64,000 bases of DNA from an uncultured Acidobacteriota bacterium (lineage in GTDB: Bacteria > Acidobacteriota > Thermoanaerobaculia > Multivoradales > UBA5704), in the NCBI GenBank assembly GCA_963700145.1, contig OY969474.1:3168001-3232000 (forward strand). Direction: 5' to 3'. The notes under the pieces are model-generated. The model had not been told where the DNA came from. It made no database searches and saw only the letters and a program-made list of their open reading frames with translations. Positions 31,545 through 38,199 of this stretch are shown piece after piece; the first letter of the stretch is position 1; every line of letters starts with the position of its first letter. A program made the translations under genes and the position numbers.

Positions 31545-32573
31545 ATGCGAACGAAGGTGTCGCGGACGCTGTCGCTGATCGCGCTCCTGACCCTGGCGCT
31601 GCCGACCCGCATGGCCAACGCCGACTTCGAGGAGGAGTGCGTCGAGGAGGAGTGCGACGGCGAAGAGCTCGAAGAGATGCACGAGGACTACGCGGACGAG
31701 TGCCTCGAAGAGGAGTGCGACGTCGAGGAAGTGCGCGAGCTCGCCGGGACCCGCGGCAACATCAACGCCCTGCTCGACGCGTTCCAGAGCCGGGGCTTCC
31801 AGATCGACGCCTGCAGTCGCGTCGGCGCCTGCTCCCCCTCCCCGGGAGACAACAACGCCAGCCTCGACAACTTCTTCGACGGGTTCTGCAACCAGTCCTC
31901 GATCGACCAGCACTGGGACGACTTCGAGATGTCGAAGGACGACTGGGACGGCACCTTCGGGTGGGACGCCCCCTGCGACCAGAACCTGCCGCTGGGCCGC
32001 ACCTTCAACGCCCTGAACCTGCTGGACTTCTTCGGCACGTCCAAGCGCGAGCGCAGCGACAACTTCCTGCCCTTCTTCTACGAGTACACGGCCGGGACCG
32101 ACGAGCTCCTCGGCCGCTGCGGGTCGGGATGCCCCGGACAGTGTCCCGGCTGCAATCAAGCGATCTTCGGCTGGCACTTCGGCGGCATCGACGAGTACAC
32201 CGAGCTGTACTGGCCCTTCTTCTATGGCCAGAACGTGTTTCAGCGGGCCGGCTGGATCGTGCACGAATCGCGTCACGACGACGTGGGCCACGACGGCGGG
32301 ACCACTTGCGGCAACGGCGGCTCGTGCGACACCACTTGGGGACACAACGGCGCGAACCGCTACCAGATCCTCTACCTCTGGTGGCTGAGCGCCTGCGCCG
32401 ACGGCGAGCTGCTCGCGACGACCGGCTTGCGCGCCCAGGTCGTCGCCTACGGCAACGGCCTGTGGAACATGTTCAACACCCGCCCCACCCGCGCCGTCGT
32501 CTTCGGCCCCAACGTCACCAACCCCGGGGCGCCCGCGGTCATCCCGCCGGCGTCGGCGTGCCCGGCGCTGTAG
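31545..32573 (+). CDS. Secreted Cys-rich HExxH metalloprotease-like protein with tandem Gla-domain-like N-terminus
   Basis: GGGAGG RBS; signal peptide ending A-N-A; DFEEECVEEECDGEELEE / DYADECLEEECDVEEVREL; RAGWIVHESRHDDVGH. Confidence 0.75.
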   Translation: MRTKVSRTLSLIALLTLALPTRMANADFEEECVEEECDGEELEEMHEDYADECLEEECDVEEVRELAGTRGNINALLDAFQSRGFQIDACSRVGACSPSPGDNNASLDNFFDGFCNQSSIDQHWDDFEMSKDDWDGTFGWDAPCDQNLPLGRTFNALNLLDFFGTSKRERSDNFLPFFYEYTAGTDELLGRCGSGCPGQCPGCNQAIFGWHFGGIDEYTELYWPFFYGQNVFQRAGWIVHESRHDDVGHDGGTTCGNGGSCDTTWGHNGANRYQILYLWWLSACADGELLATTGLRAQVVAYGNGLWNMFNTRPTRAVVFGPNVTNPGAPAVIPPASACPAL

Positions 32574-32626
32574 CACTGGCCCCGACCGAATCGCCGAATC
32601 TGCGATCTGCGCTACACTCCGTCCAG

Positions 32627-33124
32627 ATGGCCGAGTACGAGGAATGGCTGGAGCGGTGGATCGCCGAGGACGGCGAGCGGGTCCTCGAGCTGCTGCGCAA
32701 GGTGGTCGTCACCTGCGGCCTGACGCGCAAGGACCTCGACCAGCGCCTCGGCCGCGGGGCCGGGTACACGAGCGCCGTGCTGACCCGCCGCATCGAGCTC
32801 AAGCAGGAGCACGTCGCGGCGATCCTCCTCGGGCTCGGCGTGCACCCCGGCCTCTTCTACGACGTCCTCTACCCGAAGGACCGCCCCGTCGGGCCGGTCG
32901 AGGCCACGGATGACATCGCGCGGCGCGTGGCGCTCGCCGGCGCCTCCCTGCCCGACGCCGCGCCCCCGCCGGTCCCCGCGGCGGCGGCCATGACTCCCGC
33001 CGAGATCAAGGCCCTGGTCGACGACGCCGTCCAGCGCGCCCTCGCCGCGGCGGAGGCGGCCAAGGCGCACAAGGCCCCGCCGCGCAAACGCAAGCGCGCG
33101 ACCGCGGCACCGCGCCGCGGCTAG
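32627..33124 (+). CDS. XRE-like HTH protein
   Basis: LLRKVVVTCGLTRKDLDQRLGRGAGYTSAVLTRRIELKQEHVAAILLGLGVHPGLFY. Confidence 0.7.
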   Translation: MAEYEEWLERWIAEDGERVLELLRKVVVTCGLTRKDLDQRLGRGAGYTSAVLTRRIELKQEHVAAILLGLGVHPGLFYDVLYPKDRPVGPVEATDDIARRVALAGASLPDAAPPPVPAAAAMTPAEIKALVDDAVQRALAAAEAAKAHKAPPRKRKRATAAPRRG

Positions 33125-33130
33125 CTCCTC

Positions 33131-34438
33131 TTAACGCTCGATCTTCTGCAGGTCGGCCGCCGCGCTCTGGAGGATGGCGACGGTGAGGCGGTCCTCGCGG
33201 ACCGCGTGGCTGAGGAGGAGGACGGCCATGATGGCTTCGCGCTCGATGCGCAGGACGCCGAAGGTTGCGACGGTTTCGCTGACGAGAGCGCGCGCCTCGG
33301 CGGTGCGGCCGCGCTCGAGCCAGAGAGCGGCCAAGTCGAGGGCGACGACGCCGGCGGTGTAGGGGAGCTTGCGGGCGAGGAAGACGTCGCGCGCCCGCTG
33401 GAAGCAGCGCTCGGCGCGGCCGAGCTGGCCGAAGCCGGCGGCGATGCGGCCGTCGAGCCAGACGAGCTTCGCCTGGTTCAGCGGCTCGGGATGGTCGCCG
33501 AACAGCTTGCGGCTCTGCACCGCGAGATCGCGGGCCTCCTCGAGCTGGCCGCAGTCCGCCGAGGTCCACGCCAGGTTGTGCAGGCAGGCCGCGATGGCCT
33601 TCGGCTCGCGCTCGGGATCGAGACGGGGGAGGGCGGCGAGGAAATGGTCTACGGCCGCCTGCGAAGCGGGCTCGTACATGGCCGCGAGGCCCATGTGCAT
33701 GAGGGCCACGCCGGCCTCGTGTCTCCGGTTCTCTCTCTCGTAAAGGCGCAACGCCCAGCCGAGGACCCGCCGGGCGTCCTCAAACCGGCGCTCGTACCTA
33801 TAGACAATCCCTAGGCCCTCCAGAATCTCCGCTAGGACAAGCGGGTCTCCCGTCCCGGCAGCGGAGCGCTCCAGCGCGGCGAGGAGGTCGGCTTCGGCCG
33901 TCTGAAGGTCGTCCCGGACGCGGCGCGCGTTGCCGAGCGCCACCCACGCGCGGGCCTGGAGGTCGGCCAGGGCGCGCGGGCCGCGGAGGGCCGGGTCGAT
34001 CGTCTCGGCGGCGGCCACCGCGATGACGGCGAGCCAGAGCATCTGCTCCGGGTCGTCGTGCCGCATCTTCCAGCTCTCCTCGAGCAGCGTCTCGCAGTGC
34101 CGCCACGCCCGTTTCCCTCCGGGCGGGAGCGGCGGGAGCATCGCGGCGTAGAGCTCGCGCGCCGGCGCCGGGATGGCCGCAGGGGCAGGGCGTCGCCGCG
34201 TGGCCTCGCGGTGGACCGCGCGGAAGGCCTTGCGGATCGGAAACTCGTACTCGCTGCCGTCCGAAAAGGGGCGTGGGGGAAAGAGTGCCGCGGCGAGCGG
34301 GGTGGCGCACTCGGCGCAGCCGCGGACCAGGTGCGCGACGACGGCTCGGACCGAGGCGCGATCGAGCGTGCCGAGCAGGAACCGGCGCAGATCCTCGCGC
34401 GACGGGTGGGCTGCGGCCTGCCGGTCTCCCTCGGACAT
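33131..34438 (-). CDS. TPR-like protein with N-terminal zinc-finger (H-x4-C-x2-C) motif
   Basis: HPSREDLRRFL...HLVRGCAEC; helical repeats ARAWVALGNARR, CLHNLAW, WLDGRIAAG, VALDLAALWL. Confidence 0.8.
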   Translation of the reverse strand: MSEGDRQAAAHPSREDLRRFLLGTLDRASVRAVVAHLVRGCAECATPLAAALFPPRPFSDGSEYEFPIRKAFRAVHREATRRRPAPAAIPAPARELYAAMLPPLPPGGKRAWRHCETLLEESWKMRHDDPEQMLWLAVIAVAAAETIDPALRGPRALADLQARAWVALGNARRVRDDLQTAEADLLAALERSAAGTGDPLVLAEILEGLGIVYRYERRFEDARRVLGWALRLYERENRRHEAGVALMHMGLAAMYEPASQAAVDHFLAALPRLDPEREPKAIAACLHNLAWTSADCGQLEEARDLAVQSRKLFGDHPEPLNQAKLVWLDGRIAAGFGQLGRAERCFQRARDVFLARKLPYTAGVVALDLAALWLERGRTAEARALVSETVATFGVLRIEREAIMAVLLLSHAVREDRLTVAILQSAAADLQKIER

Positions 34439-34489
34439 CTCCCCTCCGTCAGTTACGCAAGTGGATTCATTCTCTCATAGGGAGAGCAT

Positions 34490-34514
34490 CCGGAGGCGGT
34501 GGTGCCGCCTCCGG
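34490..34514. terminator. GC-rich hairpin (terminator or processing stem)
   Basis: CCGGAGGCGG-TGGTG-CCGCCTCCGG, a perfect 10-bp stem just after the peptide gene; no strong U-tract. Confidence 0.4.
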
Positions 34515-34527
34515 CTATCGACGCACG

Positions 34528-34749
34528 CTACCCCCAGGGGTCGATCCCGCCCCCATCGTCTGCCCAAGTTGCCGTGATGCCCTTCCAGGCATCCGCCACC
34601 CGGCTCCACACGCTCTCGATCCAGCTCTCGTGACGCAGCGCGGCGGCCGGGCCGCGGGTTGCGGCCGCCGCGTGAAGTGGTGCCGCCAAGTGCATTACCG
34701 CCGCCACCGCGAGGGCAGCGGCGAGGCGCGAAGCTCTCTTTCCGTTCAT
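34528..34749 (-). CDS. Small secreted peptide ending DDGGGIDPWG
   Basis: GGAGG RBS; Sec-type signal, amphipathic Trp helix (WIESVWSRVADAW), C-terminal IDPWG. Confidence 0.7.
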   Translation of the reverse strand: MNGKRASRLAAALAVAAVMHLAAPLHAAAATRGPAAALRHESWIESVWSRVADAWKGITATWADDGGGIDPWG

Positions 34750-35018
34750 CTCCCATTCCTCCGATCCGGGAGGCGGCGGAGAGCCCTATTGCCCCCGCGC
34801 CCCGCCGGGGCAACGCGGGTCGGTCGCGTTGCCCCGAGTCTCGCACCAACTTGCGTAAAACGCCTTTCTTCCAACCCTCCCGCGGGCCCCTGATCGTGGC
34901 CCGTTCCGGCAACAAAGCTAGATCAGGTGACAACAAATCCTCCCGAACCTGCGCAACGTTCCCCGTTCGGCGCGTCCGGGTAGGCGTTTCACGCAGGAAA
35001 AGGAGAAAAACACCAGGC

Positions 35019-35047
35019 TTGACGCTTCGTGGACTCGGTCGTAGAGT
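35019..35047 (+). promoter_or_regulatory. Sigma70-type promoter
   Basis: TTGACG-17 nt-TAGAGT upstream of the XRE gene. Confidence 0.6.
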
Positions 35048-35056
35048 TTGCGATCA

Positions 35057-35479
35057 GTGCAGAATCACCAACGATCAGAGCGCTTCCCTGCGGTGCCGCC
35101 GCTCGCCCCCTCCGGCCCCGAGAAGAAGCTCCTCAAGGCGCTCGGCCGGCGCCTCGCGCACGTCCGCGGCGAGCGGGGGTTCTCGCAGAAGGCGCTCGCC
35201 CGCGAGCTCGGCATCGCCGAGGAGCTGATCAGCAAGTACGAGCGCGGCCGTCACGCCCCGAGGATCGGCACCCTCCTCCGGCTCCGCACCCTCCTCTCCG
35301 TCAGCCTCGACTACCTCCTCGCCGGCGCGTCCCTGAACGGCATCACCGATACCCGCCTCCTCCAGTGGGCGCGGGCGGCCAACCAGCTCTCCCCCGGCCA
35401 CCGGGACCACGTCGCCTTGCAGCTCGAGAGCATGGTGCGGGCCGCCCAAGCGCTGGAGGAGCGCATGGAGGAGGACTGA
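35057..35479 (+). CDS. XRE family transcriptional regulator
   Basis: LGRRLAHVRGERGFSQKALARELGIAEELISKYERGRHAP...VSLDYLLAG; start uncertain. Confidence 0.9.
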   Translation: MQNHQRSERFPAVPPLAPSGPEKKLLKALGRRLAHVRGERGFSQKALARELGIAEELISKYERGRHAPRIGTLLRLRTLLSVSLDYLLAGASLNGITDTRLLQWARAANQLSPGHRDHVALQLESMVRAAQALEERMEED

Positions 35480-35482
35480 GCA

Positions 35483-35800
35483 ATGCGGCAGCCGAAGGCC
35501 CTGAGCGCGCGGACGTTGCGGAAGTACTTGGTCGCCTTGCCGGACTGGCAGGCCGTCGGCGGCAATCGTGAGCTCGTCTGCCGCCTCCGGCCGCCCGACC
35601 TGCCCTCCGCCACCCTGGCCGCCGCCACCGCCCTGCTCCTGGCCAAGGTTTGCGGCGGGCACGCAGAGGTCGAAAGCTGCGGCGTCGAGCTCGTCGTGCG
35701 CTTCACGACCCCCGAGGCCGGCGGCGTCACCCGCAACGACCTGCGGCTCGCCGCGCTGTTCTCAAAAAACCAGGGCAGCGTGCGGATCTGGAAGGACTGA
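35483..35800 (+). CDS. Pterin-4a-carbinolamine dehydratase (PCD)-fold protein, degenerate
   Basis: LPDWQAVGGNRELVCRL...VRFTTPEAGGVTRNDLRLAA; lacks the canonical HHP motif. Confidence 0.6.
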   Translation: MRQPKALSARTLRKYLVALPDWQAVGGNRELVCRLRPPDLPSATLAAATALLLAKVCGGHAEVESCGVELVVRFTTPEAGGVTRNDLRLAALFSKNQGSVRIWKD

Positions 35801-35856
35801 GACGCGATCTTCCGGCCCGGACATCCCGTCCGGCGCCGGTTCACAGGAGAGATGAC

Positions 35857-36072
35857 ATGGCCAAGCCCAGGAAACAGTCCCCCACCCCCGTCACCGAGCA
35901 CCTGAAGGCCGAGCGCATCCAGGTGCTCCTCGCCGGCCTGCCGGAATGGCGCGTCAGCGGCGTCCAGATCGCCGCCGGCGTCGTCACCCTCACCCTCACC
36001 ACCGCCAAGACCGCCCGCGGCCTGACCCCGGAGGAGCTGGAGCTCGCGGCGGAGCTGGAGAAGGTGGCGTAG
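35857..36072 (+). CDS. Internally shortened PCD-like protein
   Basis: AGGAG RBS; LKAERIQVLLAGLPEWRV joined directly to VVTLTLTT...GLTPEELELAAELE. Confidence 0.55.
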   Translation: MAKPRKQSPTPVTEHLKAERIQVLLAGLPEWRVSGVQIAAGVVTLTLTTAKTARGLTPEELELAAELEKVA

Positions 36073-36110
36073 GGAGGATTCCGGTGCGGAAAGCGCTCCG
36101 AGGCGGTCGG

Positions 36111-36320
36111 CGAGATTCATCTTCCCGGGCCCAAGATCTATCTCGACGTGCCGGAGATCTATTTCCCGGCCCGCGAGATCTATCTCGGCGCCCCGGAGAT
36201 GAATCTTCCAGCCGCCGAGATCTATCTCGGAGCGCCCGAAATGAATCTCCTATAGCTCGAGATCTATCTCCGGGCCGCCGAGATCTATCTCCCGGTCCTC
36301 GAGATCTATCTCCGGCGACC
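36111..36320. repeat. Ten tandem 21-bp units with near-palindromic core GAGATCTATCTC and variable flanks
   Basis: Units start at 36111, 36132, 36153, 36174, 36195, 36216, 36237, 36258, 36279 and 36300. Confidence 0.95.
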
Positions 36321-36347
36321 AAAAACCCTCAATCGAAGGAGCCGATC

Positions 36348-36731
36348 ATGCCAACGAACCTCAGCTCTACCGCCGATAAGTTCAAGACCTGGAACACCTT
36401 AGTCGAAGGGATGAAGCCTCGCCAAGAGGAGCTCGCCCACCTCAAGGAGGACCACGCGGAGCTCGGCGGCATCGTCCAGGAGATCGAAGCGCTCGTCACC
36501 CAGACTGACCAGCACGAGGCCCGCTTCCGGGAAGCCACCCAGAAGCGGCTCGACGCCGAGATCCGCGGCGCCGAGCTGTACGGCCGCCTCGTCGCCGCCC
36601 TCCGGGGCAAGTACGGCAAGCGCGCCCTCTTGCTCCACGAGTTCGGCATCCAACCCAACGCCCTGCCGGGCCCGCCGAAGAAGGATGAGGTCCCGGCCCC
36701 TGCTCCGGAGCCGACCTCCGGCGGAGCCTGA
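36348..36731 (+). CDS. Small coiled-coil hypothetical protein
   Basis: AAGGAG RBS; MPTNLSS...FREATQKRL...LRGKYGKRALLLHEFGIQP. Confidence 0.75.
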   Translation: MPTNLSSTADKFKTWNTLVEGMKPRQEELAHLKEDHAELGGIVQEIEALVTQTDQHEARFREATQKRLDAEIRGAELYGRLVAALRGKYGKRALLLHEFGIQPNALPGPPKKDEVPAPAPEPTSGGA

Positions 36732-36747
36732 TCGCGGAGCCACAACG

Positions 36748-36780
36748 GCCGCCGGCGGAGATCTGACCTCCGCCGGCGGC
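36748..36780. terminator. GC-rich hairpin
   Basis: GCCGCCGGCGGAG-N7-CTCCGCCGGCGGC, 13-bp stem after the 36731 stop. Confidence 0.45.
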
Positions 36781-36827
36781 GCACCGCTCTCCCACAACGC
36801 GGCGCGTCGAACGAGAGGACCTTCCGG

Positions 36828-37568
36828 ATGAACCGCACCAACTCCGCCTTCCGCCTCCACCGCATTCTCCTCGCCCTGCGCGGCGCGGCCCGCGACGGCC
36901 GCCCCATCCGCGACATCTTGGGAGAAGTCTTCGAGCTCGACCCCGCCGACGACCTCGCCCTCCGCCGCCGGCTCCTCGCCGTCGACGACCTCTTCGCCCA
37001 GTCCGAGGCCGCGATCCGGTCGATCCCCGGCCTCGACCCGCCGCCCTACCTCCGCTACTTCCCCGCGGCGCGCAAGGGCCTCCTCGCGGCGCGCCTCGAC
37101 CAGGACTCCCGCCGCTACGCCCCGTTCCAGGAAGGGCTCAGCGACATCGTGCTCCAGTCCGTCGAGTTCTGCGGCGTGCGCATCGCCGAGGAGCTCCCCG
37201 AGTGGATGATCCCCACCGACGACCTGGCCGAGCTCGAGGCCCGCCTCAACGCCCTGTTCGCCTACACCGCCCGCGCCGAGCTCGACCCCGCGCTCCGCGC
37301 CGTCGCCCTCGACATCCTCCAGGCCGTCCGCACCGCCGTCGCCGACTACCGCATCCACGGCGCCCGCGGCCTGCAGGAAGCCGTCGAGAGCGCCGTCGGC
37401 AAGCTCACCGTCCACTACCTCCGCGCCCAAAAGCACGGCACCCCGCTCAACCTCGACTACCTCGAACGCCTCTTCGACCTCATCATCAAGGCCGAGGCCC
37501 TGCTCGCCAAGGCCCACGTCTACCTCCCGGCCCTGACCGAGTACCTCCCCAAGCTCCTCGGAGCCTGA
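36828..37568 (+). CDS. Hypothetical protein
   Basis: GAGAGGA RBS; 246-aa ORF with strong GC3 bias; no motif recognised. Confidence 0.7.
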   Translation: MNRTNSAFRLHRILLALRGAARDGRPIRDILGEVFELDPADDLALRRRLLAVDDLFAQSEAAIRSIPGLDPPPYLRYFPAARKGLLAARLDQDSRRYAPFQEGLSDIVLQSVEFCGVRIAEELPEWMIPTDDLAELEARLNALFAYTARAELDPALRAVALDILQAVRTAVADYRIHGARGLQEAVESAVGKLTVHYLRAQKHGTPLNLDYLERLFDLIIKAEALLAKAHVYLPALTEYLPKLLGA

Positions 37569-37572
37569 CGCG

Positions 37573-38156
37573 ATGGCCGACCTGCGCTGGCTCCGTGAGC
37601 ACCGCACCCTGATCGGCGTCCTCCACACCACCGAAGGCGACACCGTCGAAGCCGCCTGGCGCACGCTAGGGCAGCAGAATGCGGCGCCGCACTTCATCGC
37701 CGGCGAGCACACGATCGTCCAGTGCCGCCCCCTCAACGTCGAGGCCTCCACCCTCCGCCCCCGGCAAGAACAACACCGCCAACGTCCAAGCCCAGGTTCA
37801 GATCGTGGCGCGGAGCAAGCAGACGCTGTGGCTGCCGAAGGCGGCGACGCTCGATCCAACGGTCGCGATCCTGGCCTTCTGCGCGAAAGGCGCTCGGGAT
37901 TCCTCTGAGAGTCCCAAACGGCTGGCCCGACGACTGCTCGGGCATGCCACTGCCGTGGGCCGCGAACAACCAGCGCCGGAGACAGGCCGTCAAGGACCTG
38001 TGGCCCAAGGAGAAGGGCTGGTGGATGTGCCTGGAGGTGCCCTACCAGGGGCCGATGTGGCATTGGGACTGCGGGACGCTGCGGAGGAGCAGAATGCTTG
38101 CGATGGCGAGCCTGGACCAGATCGCCTTCGAGCGGCGGATAGAATCGTCTGAATAG
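37573..38156 (+). pseudogene. N-acetylmuramoyl-L-alanine amidase (phage-like), twice frameshifted
   Basis: VLHTTEG...PHF...QCRPL (frame 1), then NVQAQVQIV...ILAFCAK (frame 2), then LGIP...GWWMCLEVP...HWDCG (frame 3); shifts near 37760 and 37888. Confidence 0.6.
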
Positions 38157-38199
38157 GTTCAACCTGTGCCGATGCCGAGGGCCATTGGAGTGCTACCGG

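Noticed and set aside
36111-36320. CRISPR array
   Set aside because: 12-bp repeats and 9-bp spacers are far too short, and there are no cas genes.
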